A stretch of DNA of 64,000 bases from Yuukianura sp. NJ FZ-2021 (Eukaryota): contig CM102290.1 of assembly GCA_046563655.1 (NCBI GenBank), positions 6,696,001-6,760,000 on the forward strand. Reading direction: 5' to 3'. Below, piece after piece: positions 11,816 to 24,600 of the stretch. Made by a program: the position numbers and the translations under genes. The first letter of the stretch is position 1. The number at the start of each line of letters is the position of its first letter. Under the pieces are notes generated by a model, which had not been told where the DNA came from, made no database searches, and was given only the letters and a program-made list of their open reading frames with translations.

Positions 11816-12206
11816 TGAAATGATTTGGATGGTAGAGCGGATGTTGGTTTTGTGTTTTGTATTACAAAATAAAGTCATTCTTTAAATATTTACATTTAAT
11901 TGAAATGTTAATTGAAAATTGGGAATTGTGCAGACCATGCTTACAATCGAAATTAGAAGTGAAGGTGGCAGTTCCTCTGCTCATCTTCTTTTTACCCACT
12001 TTTTTTTACTTAAATTGCTATAACTATAGCTAACACTTTTTCGACACTTTGAATTTGGCGCTTTCCATTTTAGAAGCGTCTCAAATGCCAAAACAACGCC
12101 CTTTTGGGCGGTGCTAACTGTGAAGCCACGCCCCTTGGGGCGGAGCTAACTGTCAACCCACGCCCCTTGGGGAGGAGCTAACTGTCAAGCTACGGCCCTT
12201 TTAACA
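11816..12206 (-). repeat. Putative 5' LTR of the BEL/Pao element (~390 bp)
   Basis: Begins TGTTAAAAGG (12206; alternatively TGTTG at 12209) and ends TTTCA (11816) directly before the PBS. Confidence 0.55.
12097..12200. repeat. 32-bp minisatellite x3 (plus partial) within the LTR
   Basis: CGCCCCTTGGGGCGGAGCTAACTGTCAA-like units at 12097, 12129 and 12161, partial at 12193. Confidence 0.9.
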
Positions 12207-12429
12207 ACAAGGTAGGGCGATGCTCAATTGTTGAGCATAGGTCATCCGGAGGGAGTTGACCATTGATAAGACTTACATCCGCCGAACGCAAAACCGTTGA
12301 ACAAAAGGATGAGAAACTGTTTTCATGCATTTCATGCTGCAAAACGTCGCTCAACGTTTTTATTTCGGATATGAAGTCCTATATTGTGCATTAGTTGCAC
12401 TAAATTGTCTAGTAGCAAAAAAGAAGCCT

Positions 12430-12625
12430 AAAAAACCGTTTGCATTAAAATGTTGCAAAAATTAAGCTCTGCACAATTTTTATTCTCCGAAATTAATTGG
12501 TTTGGTGAACAATAATTGTTCCCAGGTTTTGCACTATCGTTAACGATGGTGTGCAATCGTTCTAAAGAATGCACAAACTGGTTTTATTTACATAACAATG
12601 TCTTTTACCCAGCGTTATCAAAATA
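12430..12625 (-). mobile_element. Second, diverged Helentron-like 5' terminal fragment
   Basis: Colinear similarity to 10035-10172 (AAAAAACCGTTTGCAT, ACAATTTTTA, ATGCACAAA, ATAACAA, TTAC.CAGCGT…CAAAATA). Inverted pair 12541-12549 / 12609-12617. Confidence 0.5.
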
Positions 12626-12639
12626 GTGTTGTTGAAATT

Positions 12640-15600
12640 GATGAAAAAAATGCATCTTTTGGAGAAAAATTGAGATTGGTACACTTCGGATTGGCTTTCA
12701 GAAGCATAATTTTGATTTGGAACTTCGAGCCCCGAATGACTTTTTGGGGAGTTTTTAATGAACAAAATGGATTTTTCGAAGAAAAATTTAGATTAGTACA
12801 CTTCAGAAGGGCTTTCAGAAGCATTATATCGGTTTGCAATTTTGAATTCTCTGATAGCGCAGAATGACTTTTTGAGGAGTTTTTGAAAAAAATGGATTTT
12901 TAGAAGAAAAATTGAGATTGGTACACTTCAGAAGGGCTTTCAGAAGCATAATATCGGTTTGCAATTTTAAATTCTCTGATAGCCCAGAATGACTTTTTGG
13001 GGAGTTTTTGAACAAAATGGGTTTTTAGAAAAAAAATTGAGATTGGTACACCTCAGAAGGGCTTTCAGAAGCATAATATCGGTTTGCAATTTTGAATTTT
13101 CGGATTGCCCAGAATGAATTTTTGGGGAGTTTTTGAACAAAATGGATTTTTAGAAGAAAAATTGAGATTGGTACACTTCAGAAGGGCTTTCAGAAGCATA
13201 ATATCGGTTTGCAATTTTGAATTCTCTGATAGCCCAGAATGACTTTTTGGGGAGTTTTTGAACAAAATGGATTTTTAGAAGAAAAATTGAGATTGGTACA
13301 CTTCAGAAGGGCTTTCAGAAGCATAATATCGGTTTGCAATTTTGAATTCTCTGATAGCCCAGAATGACTTTTTGGGGAGTTTTTGAACAAAATGGATTTT
13401 TAGAAGAAAAATTGAGATTGGAACACTTCAGAAGGGCTTTCAGAAGCATAATATCGGTTTGCAATTTTGAATTCTCTGATAGCCCAGAATGACTTTTTGG
13501 GAAGTTTTTGAACAAAATGGGTTTTTAGAAGAAAAATTGAGATTGGTACACTTCAGAAGGGCTTTCAGAAGCATAATATCGGTTTGCAATTTTGAATTCT
13601 CTGATAGCCCAGAATGACTTTTTGGGGAGTTTTTGAACAAAATAGATTTTTAGAAAAAGAATTGAGATTGGTACACTTCAGAAGGGCTTTCAGAAGCATA
13701 GTATCGGTTTGCAATTTTGAATTCTCTGATAGCCCAGAATGACTTTTTGGGAAGTTTTTGAACAAAATGGGTTTCGAGAAGAAAAATTGAGATTGGTACA
13801 CTTCAGAAGGGCTTTCAGAAGCATAATATCGGTTTGCAATTTTGAATTCTCTGATAGCCCAGAATGACTTTTTGGGGAGTTTTTGAACAAAATGGATTTT
13901 TAGAAGAAAAATTGAGATTGGAACACTTCAGAAGGGCTTTCAGAAGCATAATATCGGTTTGCAATTTTGAATTCTCTGATAGCCCAGAATGACTTTTTGC
14001 CGAGTTTTTAATGAAAAAAATGGATTTTTCGGAAAAAAATTAAGATTGGAACACTTCAGAAGGGCTTTCAGAAGCATAATATCGGTTTGCAATTTTGAAT
14101 TCTCTGATAGCCCAGAATGACTTTTTGGGGAGTTTTTGAACAAAATGGATTTTTAGAAGAAAAATTGAGATTGGTACACTTCAGAAGGGCTTTCAGAAGC
14201 ATAATATCGGTTTGCAATTTTGAATTCTCTGATAGCCCAGAATGACTTTTTGGGAAGTTTTTGAACAAAATGGGTTTCGAGAAGAAAAATTGAGATTGGT
14301 ACACTTCAGAAGGGCTTTCAGAAGCATAATATCGGTTTGCAATTTTGAATTCTCTGATAGCCCAGAATGACTTTTTGGGGAGTTTTTGAACAAAATGGAT
14401 TTTTAGAAGAAAAATTGAGATTGGAACACTTCAGAAGGGCTTTCAGAAGCATAATATCGGTTAGCAATTTTGAATTCTTTGATAGCCCAGAATGACTTTT
14501 TGCCGAGTTTTTAATGAAAAAAATGGATTTTTCGGAAAAAAATTAAGATTGGAACACTTCAGAAGGGCTTTCAGAAGCATAATATCGGTTTGCAATTTTG
14601 AATTCTCTGATAGCCCAGAATGACTTTTTGGGAAGTTTTTGAACAAAATGGGTTTTTAGAAGAAAAATTGAGATTGGTACACTTCAGAAGGGCTTTCAGA
14701 AGCATAATATCGGTTTGCAATTTTGAATTCTCTGATAGCCCAGAATGACTTTTTGGGGAGTTTTTGACAAAAGTGGATTTTTAGAAAAAGAATTGAGATT
14801 GGTACACTTCAGAAGGGCTTTCAGAAGCATAATATCGGTTTGCAATTTTGAATTCTCTGATAGCCCAGAATGACTTTTTGGGAAGTTTTTGAACAAAATG
14901 GGTTTCGAGAAGAAAAATTGAGATTGATACACTTCAGAAGGGCTTTCAGAAGCATAATATCGGTTTGCAATTTTGAATTCTCTGATAGCCCAGAATGACT
15001 TTTTGGGGAGTTTTTGAACAAAATGGATTTTTAGAAGAAAAATTGAGATTGGAACACTTCAGAAGGGCTTTCAGAAGCATAATATCGGTTTGCAATTTTG
15101 AATTCTCTGATAGCCCAGAATGACTTTTTGGAGAGTTTTTGAACAAAATGGATTTTTCGGAAAAAAATTAAGATTGGAACACTTCAGAAGGGCTTTCAGA
15201 AGCATAATATCGGTTTGCAATTTTGAATTCTCTGATAGCCCAGAATGACTTTTTGGGAAGTTTTTGAACAAAATGGGTTTTGAAAAGAAAAATTGAGATT
15301 GGTACACTTCAGAAGGGCTTTCAGAAGCATAATATCGGTTTGCAATTTTGAATTCTCTGATAGCCCAGAATGACTTTTTGGGAAGTTTTTGAACAAAATG
15401 GGTTTTTAGAAGAAAAATTGAGATTGGTACACTTCAGAAGGGCTTTCAGAAGCATAATATCGGTTTGCAATTTTGAATTCTCTGATAGCCCAGAATGACT
15501 TTTTGGGGAGTTTTTGAACAAAATAGATTTTTAGAAAAAGAATTGAGATTGGTACACTTCAGAAGGGCTTTCAGAAGCATAGTATCGGTTTGCAATTTTG

Positions 15601-18600
15601 AATTCTCTGATAGCCCAGAATGACTTTTTGGGGAGTTTTTGAACAAAATGGATTTTTAGAAGAAAAATTGAGATTGGTACACTTCAGAAGGGCTTTCAGA
15701 AGCATAATATCGGTTTGCAATTTTGAATTCTCTGATAGCCCAGAATGACTTTTTGGGGAGTTTTTGAACAAAATGGATTTTTAGAAGAAAAATTGAGATT
15801 GGAACACTTCAGAAGGGCTTTCAGAAGCATAATATCGGTTAGCAATTTTGAATTCTTTGATAGCCCAGAATGACTTTTTGCCGAGTTTTTAATGAAAAAA
15901 AATGGATTTTTCGGAAAAAAATTAAGATTGGAACACTTCAGAAGGGCTTTCAGAAGCATAATATCGGTTTGCAATTTTGAATTCTCTGATAGCCCAGAAT
16001 GACTTTTTGGGGAGTTTTTGAACAAAATGGATTTTTAGAAGAAAAATTGAGATTGGTACACTTCAGAAGGGCTTTCAGAAGCATAATATCGGTTTGCAAT
16101 TTTGAATTCTCTGATAGCCCAGAATGACTTTTTGGGAAGTTTTTGAACAAAATGGGTTTTTAGAAGAAAAATTGAGATTGGTACACTTCAGAAGGGCTTT
16201 CAGAAGCATAATATCGGTTTGCAATTTTGAATTCTCTGATAGCCCAGAATGACTTTTTGGGGAGTTTTTGACCAAAGTGGATTTTTCGGAGGAGAAAAAT
16301 TGAGATTGGTACACTTCAGAAGGGCTTTCAGAAGCATAATATCGGTTTGCAATTTTGAATTCTCTGATAGCCCAGAATGACTTTTTGGGAAGTTTTTGAA
16401 CAAAATGGGTTTCGAGAAGAAAAATTGAGATTGGTACACTTCAGAAGGGCTTTCAGAAGCATAATATCGGTTTGCAATTTTGAATTCTCTGATAGCCCAG
16501 AATGACTTTTTGGGGAGTTTTTGAACAAAATGGATTTTTAGAAGAAAAATTGAGATTGGAACACTTCAGAAGGGCTTTCAGAAGCATAATATCGGTTAGC
16601 AATTTTGAATTCTTTGATAGCCCAGAATGACTTTTTGCCGAGTTTTTAATGAAAAAAATGGATTTTTCGGAAAAAAATTAAGATTGGAACACTTCAGAAG
16701 GGCTTTCAGAAGCATAATATCGGTTTGCAATTTTGAATTCTCTGATAGCCCAGAATGACTTTTTGGGGAGTTTTTGAACAAAATGGATTTTTAGAAGAAA
16801 AATTGAGATTGGAACACTTCAGAAGGGCTTTCAGAAGCATAATATCGGTTTGCAATTTTGAATTCTCTGATAGCCCAGAATGACTTTTTGGTGAGTTTTT
16901 GAACAAAATGGATTTTTAGAAGAAAAATTGAGATTGGAACACTTCAGAAGGGCTTTCAGAAGCATAATATCGGTTTGCAATTTTGAATTCTCTGATAGAT
17001 CAGAATGACTTTTTGGAGAGTTTTTGAACAAAATGGATGTTTAGAAGAAAAATTGAGATTGGAACACTTCAGAAGGGCTTTCAGAAGCATAATATCGGTT
17101 TGCAATTTTGAATTCTCTGATAGCCCAGAATGACTTTTTGGGAAGTTTTTGAACAAAATGGGTTTTGAAAAGAAAAATTGAGATTGGTACACTTCAGAAG
17201 GGCTTTCAGAAGCATAATATCGGTTTGCAATTTTGAATTCTCTGATAGCCCAGAATGACTTTTTGGGGAGTTTTTGAACAAAATGGATTTTTAGAAGAAA
17301 AATTGAGATTGGAACACTTCAGAAGGGCTTTCAGAAGCATAATATCGGTTAGCAATTTTGAATTCTTTGATAGCCCAGAATGACTTTTTGCCGAGTTTTT
17401 AATGAAAAAAATGGATTTTTCGGAAAAAAATTAAGATTGGAACACTTCAGAAGGGCTTTCAGAAGCATAATATCGGTTTGCAATTTTGAATTCTCTGATA
17501 GCCCAGAATGACTTTTTGGGAAGTTTTTGAACAAAATGGGTTTTTAGAAGAAAAATTGAGATTGGTACACTTCAGAAGGGCTTTCAGAAGCATAATATCG
17601 GTTTGCAATTTTGAATTCTCTGATAGCCCAGAATGACTTTTTGGGAAGTTTTTGAACAAAATGGGTTTTTAGAAGAAAAATTGAGATTGGTACACTTCAG
17701 AAGGGCTTTCAGAAGCATAATATCGGTTTGCAATTTTGAATTCTCTGATAGCCCAGAATGACTTTTTGGGGAGTTTTTGAACAAAATGGATTTTTAGAAA
17801 AAAAATTGAGATTGGTACACTTCAGAAGGGCTTTCAGAAGCATAATATCGGTTTGCAATTTTGAATTCTCTGATAGCCCAGAATGACTTTTTGGGAAGTT
17901 TTTGAACAAAATGGGTTTCGAGAAGAAAAATTGAGATTGGTACACTTCAGAAGGGCTTTCAGAAGCATAATATCGGTTTGCAATTTTGAATTCTCTGATA
18001 GCCCAGAATGACTTTTTGGGGAGTTTTTGAACAAAATGGATTTTTAGAAGAAAAATTGAGATTGGAACACTTCAGAAGGGCTTTCAGAAGCATAATATCG
18101 GTTAGCAATTTTGAATTCTTTGATAGCCCAGAATGACTTTTTGCCGAGTTTTTAATGAAAAAAATGGATTTTTCGGAAAAAAATTAAGATTGGAACACTT
18201 CAGAAGGGCTTTCAGAAGCATAATATCGGTTTGCAATTTTGAATTCTCTGATAGCCCAGAATGACTTTTTGGGGAGTTTTTGAACAAAATGGATTTTTAG
18301 AAGAAAAATTGAGATTGGAACACTTCAGAAGGGCTTTCAGAAGCATAATATCGGTTTGCAATTTTGAATTCTCTGATAGCCCAGAATGACTTTTTGGTGA
18401 GTTTTTGAACAAAATGGATTTTTAGAAGAAAAATTGAGATTGGAACACTTCAGAAGGGCTTTCAGAAGCATAATATCGGTTTGCAATTTTGAATTCTCTG
18501 ATAGCCCAGAATGACTTTTTGGAGAGTTTTTGAACAAAATGGATTTTTAGAAGAAAAATTGAGATTGGAACACTTCAGAAGGGCTTTCAGAAGCATAATA

Positions 18601-21600
18601 TCGGTTTGCAATTTTGAATTCTCTGATAGCCCAGAATGACTTTTTGGGAAGTTTTTGAACAAAATGGGTTTTGAAAAGAAAAATTGAGATTGGTACACTT
18701 CAGAAGGGCTTTCAGAAGCATAATATCGGTTTGCAATTTTGAATTCTCTGATAGCCCAGAATGACTTTTTGGGGAGTTTTTGAACAAAATGGATTTTTAG
18801 AAGAAAAATTGAGATTGGAACACTTCAGAAGGGCTTTCAGAAGCATAATATCGGTTTGCAATTTTGAATTCTCTGATAGCCCAGAATGACTTTTTGCCGA
18901 GTTTTTAATGAACAAAATGGATTTTTCGGAAAAAAATTGAGATTGGAACACTTCAGAAGGGCTTTCAGAAGCATAATATCGGTTTGCAATTTTGAATTCT
19001 CTGATAGCCCAGAATGACTTTTTGGGGAGTTTTTGAACAAAATGGATTTTTAGAAGAAAAATTGAGATTGGAACACTTCAGAAGGGCTTTCAGAAGCATA
19101 ATATCGGTTTGCAATTTTGAATTCTCTGATAGCCCAGAATGACTTTTTGGTGAGTTTTTGAACAAAATGGATTTTTAGAAGAAAAATTGAGATTGGAACA
19201 CTTCAGAAGGGCTTTCAGAAGCATAATATCGGTTTGCAATTTTGAATTCTCTGATAGCCCAGAATGACTTTTTGGAGAGTTTTTGAACAAAATGGATTTT
19301 TAGAAGAAAAATTGAGATTGGAACACTTCAGAAGGGCTTTCAGAAGCATAATATCGGTTTGCAATTTTGAATTCTCTGATAGCCCAGAATGACTTTTTGG
19401 GAAGTTTTTGAACAAAATGGGTTTTTAGAAGAAAAATTGAGATTGGTACACTTCAGAAGGGCTTTCAGAAGCATAATATCGGTTTGCAATTTTGAATTCT
19501 CTGATAGCCCAGAATGACTTTTTGGAGAGTTTTTGAACAAAATGGATTTTTAGAAGAAAAATTGAGATTGGAACACTTCAGAAGGGCTTTCAGAAGCATA
19601 ATATCGGTTTGCAATTTTGAATTCTCTGATAGCCCAGAATGACTTTTTGGGAAGTTTTTGAACAAAATGGGTTTTTAGAAGAAAAATTGAGATTGGTACA
19701 CTTCAGAAGGGCTTTCAGAAGCATAATATCGGTTTGCAATTTTGAATTCTCTGATAGCCCAGAATGACTTTTTGGGGAGTTTTTGAACAAAATGGATTTT
19801 TAGAAGAAAAATTGAGATTGGAACACTTCAGAAGGGCTTTCAGAAGCATAATATCGGTTTGCAATTTTGAATTCTCTGATAGCCCAGAATGACTTTTTGC
19901 CGAGTTTTTAATGAAAAAAAATGGATTTTTCGGAAAAAAATTAAGATTGGAACACTTCAGAAGGGCTTTCAGAAGCATAATATCGGTTTGCAATTTTGAA
20001 TTCTCTGATAGCCCAGAATGACTTTTTGGGGAGTTTTTGAACAAAATGGATTTTTAGAAGAAAAATTGAGATTGGAACACTTCAGAAGGGCTTTCAGAAG
20101 CATAATATCGGTTTGCAATTTTGAATTCTCTGATAGCCCAGAATGACTTTTTGGTGAGTTTTTGAACAAAATGGATTTTTAGAAGAAAAATTGAGATTGG
20201 AACACTTCAGAAGGGCTTTCAGAAGCATAATATCGGTTTGCAATTTTGAATTCTCTGATAGCCCAGAATGACTTTTTGGAGAGTTTTTGAACAAAATGGA
20301 TTTTTAGAAGAAAAATTGAGATTGGAACACTTCAGAAGGGCTTTCAGAAGCATAATATCGGTTTGCAATTTTGAATTCTCTGATAGCCCAGAATGACTTT
20401 TTGGGAAGTTTTTGAACAAAATGGGTTTTGAAAAGAAAAATTGAGATTGGTACACTTCAGAAGGGCTTTCAGAAGCATAATATCGGTTTGCAATTTTGAA
20501 TTCTCTGATAGCCCAGAATGACTTTTTGGGAAGTTTTTGAACAAAATGGGTTTTTAGAAGAAAAATTGAGATTGGTACACTTCAGAAGGGCTTTCAGAAG
20601 CATAATATCGGTTTGCAATTTTGAATTCTCTGATAGCCCAGAATGACTTTTTGGGGAGTTTTTGAACAAAATGGGTTTTTAGAAAAAAAATTGAGATTGG
20701 TACACTTCAGAAGGGCTTTCAGAAGCATAATATCGGTTTGCAATTTTGAATTCTCTGATAGCCCAGAATGACTTTTTGGGAAGTTTTTGAACAAAATGGG
20801 TTTCGAGAAGAAAAATTGAGATTGATACACTTCAGAAGGGCTTTCAGAAGCATAATATCGGTTTGCAATTTTGAATTCTCTGATAGCCCAGAATGACTTT
20901 TTGGGGAGTTTTTGAACAAAATGGATTTTTAGAAGAAAAATTGAGATTGGTACACTTCAGAAGGGCTTTCAGAAGCATAATATCGGTTTGCAATTTTGAA
21001 TTCTCTGATAGCCCAGAATGACTTTTTGGGAAGTTTTTGAACAAAATGGATTTTTAGAAGAAAAATTGAGATTGGTACACTTCAGAAGGGCTTTCAGAAG
21101 CATAATATCGGTTTGCAATTTTGAATTCTCTGATAGCCCAGAATGACTTTTTGGGGAGTTTTTGAACAAAATGGATTTTTAGAAGAAAAATTGAGATTGG
21201 TACACTTCAGAAGGGCTTTCAGAAGCATAATATCGGTTTGCAATTTTGAATTCTCTGATAGCCCAGAATGACTTTTTGGGAAGTTTTTGAACAAAATGGG
21301 TTTTGAAAAGAAAAATTGAGATTGGTACACTTCAGAAGGGCTTTCAGAAGCATAATATCGGTTTGCAATTTTGAATTCTCTGATAGCCCAGAATGACTTT
21401 TTGGGAAGTTTTTGAACAAAATGGGTTTTTAGAAGAAAAATTGAGATTGGTACACTTCAGAAGGGCTTTCAGAAGCATAATATCGGTTTGCAATTTTGAA
21501 TTCTCTGATAGCCCAGAATGACTTTTTGGGGAGTTTTTGAACAAAATGGGTTTTTAGAAAAAAAATTGAGATTGGTACACTTCAGAAGGGCTTTCAGAAG

Positions 21601-24600
21601 CATAATATCGGTTTGCAATTTTGAATTCTCTGATAGCCCAGAATGACTTTTTGGGGAGTTTTTGAACAAAATGGATTTTTAGAAGAAAAATTGAGATTGG
21701 TACACTTCAGAAGGGCTTTCAGAAGCATAATATCGGTTTGCAATTTTGAATTCTCTGATAGCCCAGAATGACTTTTTGGGGAGTTTTTGAACAAAATGGA
21801 TTTTTAGAAGAAAAATTGAGATTGGAACACTTCAGAAGGGCTTTCAGAAGCATAATATCGGTTAGCAATTTTGAATTCTTTGATAGCCCAGAATGACTTT
21901 TTGCCGAGTTTTTAATGAACAAAATGGATTTTTCGGAAAAAAATTGAGATTGGAACACTTCAGAAGGGCTTTCAGAAGCATAATATCGGTTTGCAATTTT
22001 GAATTCTCTGATAGCCCAGAATGACTTTTTGGGGAGTTTTTGAACAAAATGGATTTTTAGAAGAAAAATTGAGATTGGTACACTTCAGAAGGGCTTTCAG
22101 AAGCATAATATCGGTTTGCAATTTTGAATTCTCTGATAGCCCAGAATGACTTTTTGGGAAGTTTTTGAACAAAATGGGTTTTTAGAAGAAAAATTGAGAT
22201 TGGTACACTTCAGAAGGGCTTTCAGAAGCATAATATCGGTTTGCAATTTTGAATTCTCTGATAGCCCAGAATGACTTTTTGGGGAGTTTTTGAACAAAAT
22301 AGATTTTTAGAAAAAGAATTGAGATTGGTACACTTCAGAAGGGCTTTCAGAAGCATAGTATCGGTTTGCAATTTTGAATTCTCTGATAGCCCAGAATGAC
22401 TTTTTGGGAAGTTTTTGAACAAAATGGGTTTCGAGAAGAAAAATTGAGATTGGTACACTTCAGAAGGGCTTTCAGAAGCATAATATCGGTTTGCAATTTT
22501 GAATTCTCTGATAGCCCAGAATGACTTTTTGGGGAGTTTTTGAACAAAATGGATTTTTAGAAGAAAAATTGAGATTGGAACACTTCAGAAGGGCTTTCAG
22601 AAGCATAATATCGGTTAGCAATTTTGAATTCTTTGATAGCCCAGAATGACTTTTTGCCGAGTTTTTAATGAAAAAAATGGATTTTTCGGAAAAAAATTAA
22701 GATTGGAACACTTCAGAAGGGCTTTCAGAAGCATAATATCGGTTTGCAATTTTGAATTCTCTGATAGCCCAGAATGACTTTTTGGGGAGTTTTTGAACAA
22801 AATGGATTTTTAGAAGAAAAATTGAGATTGGAACACTTCAGAAGGGCTTTCAGAAGCATAATATCGGTTTGCAATTTTGAATTCTCTGATAGCCCAGAAT
22901 GACTTTTTGGTGAGTTTTTGAACAAAATGGATTTTTAGAAGAAAAATTGAGATTGGAACACTTCAGAAGGGCTTTCAGAAGCATAATATCGGTTTGCAAT
23001 TTTGAATTCTCTGATAGCCCAGAATGACTTTTTGGAGAGTTTTTGAACAAAATGGATTTTTAGAAGAAAAATTGAGATTGGAACACTTCAGAAGGGCTTT
23101 CAGAAGCATAATATCGGTTTGCAATTTTGAATTCTCTGATAGCCCAGAATGACTTTTTGGGAAGTTTTTGAACAAAATGGGTTTTGAAAAGAAAAATTGA
23201 GATTGGTACACTTCAGAAGGGCTTTCAGAAGCATAATATCGGTTTGCAATTTTGAATTCTCTGATAGCCCAGAATGACTTTTTGGGAAGTTTTTGAACAA
23301 AATGGGTTTTTAGAAGAAAAATTGAGATTGGTACACTTCAGAAGGGCTTTCAGAAGCATAATATCGGTTTGCAATTTTGAATTCTCTGATAGCCCAGAAT
23401 GACTTTTTGGGGAGTTTTTGAACAAAATGGATTTTTAGAAAAAGAATTGAGATTGGTACACTTCAGAAGGGCTTTCAGAAGCATAGTATCGGTTTGCAAT
23501 TTTGAATTCTCTGATAGCCCAGAATGACTTTTTGGGAAGTTTTTGAACAAAATGGGTTTCGAGAAGAAAAATTGAGATTGATACACTTCAGAAGGGCTTT
23601 CAGAAGCATAATATCGGTTTGCAATTTTGAATTCTCTGATAGCCCAGAATGACTTTTTGGGGAGTTTTTGAACAAAATGGATTTTTAGAAGAAAAATTGA
23701 GATTGGAACACTTCAGAAGGGCTTTCAGAAGCATAATATCGGTTTGCAATTTTGAATTCTCTGATAGCCCAGAATGACTTTTTGGGAAGTTTTTGAACAA
23801 AATGGATTTTTAGAAGAAAAATTGAGATTGGAACACTTCAGAAGGGCTTTCAGTAGCATAATATCGGTTTGCAATTTTGAATTCTCTGATAGCCCAGAAT
23901 GACTTTTTGCCGAGTTTTTAATGAACAAAATGGATTTTTCGGAAAAAAATTGAGATTGGAACACTTCAGAAGGGCTTTCAGAAGCATAATATCGGTTTGC
24001 AATTTTGAATTCTCTGATAGCCCAGAATGACTTTTTGGGGAGTTTTTGAACAAAATGGATTTTTAGAAGAAAAATTGAGATTGGTACACTTCAGAAGGGC
24101 TTTCAGAAGCATAATATCGGTTTGCAATTTTGAATTCTCTGATAGCCCAGAATGACTTTTTGGGAAGTTTTTGAACAAAATGGGTTTCGAGAAGAAAAAT
24201 TGAGATTGGTACACTTCAGAAGGGCTTTCAGAAGCATAATATCGGTTTGCAATTTTGAATTCTCTGATAGCCCAGAATGACTTTTTGGGGAGTTTTTGAA
24301 CAAAATGGATTTTTAGAAGAAAAATTGAGATTGGAACACTTCAGAAGGGCTTTCAGAAGCATAATATCGGTTTGCAATTTTGAATTCTCTGATAGCCCAG
24401 AATGACTTTTTGGAGAGTTTTTGAACAAAATGGATTTTTCGGAAAAAAATTAAGATTGGAACACTTCAGAAGGGCTTTCAGAAGCATAATATCGGTTTGC
24501 AATTTTGAATTCTCTGATAGCCCAGAATGACTTTTTGGGAAGTTTTTGAACAAAATGGGTTTTTAGAAGAAAAATTGAGATTGGTACACTTCAGAAGGGC

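Larger units (their letters stand above)
10640..12206 (-). mobile_element. BEL/Pao LTR retrotransposon, 3'-truncated (5' LTR, PBS, partial gag)
   Basis: Gag with a DUF1759-type motif. TG…CA-bounded LTR candidate followed immediately by a PBS. No pol or second LTR seen. Confidence 0.8.

Noticed and set aside
10035..12625. The two diverged direct repeats as paired LTRs of the BEL element
   Set aside because: The PBS at 11806-11815 places the LTR at 11816-12206, and the repeats lack TG…CA ends and are too diverged.
12800..12822. TTCAGAAGGGCTTTCAGAA as a heat-shock or STAT element in each monomer
   Set aside because: TTC-N1-GAA spacing matches neither HSE (N2) nor STAT (N3/N4).
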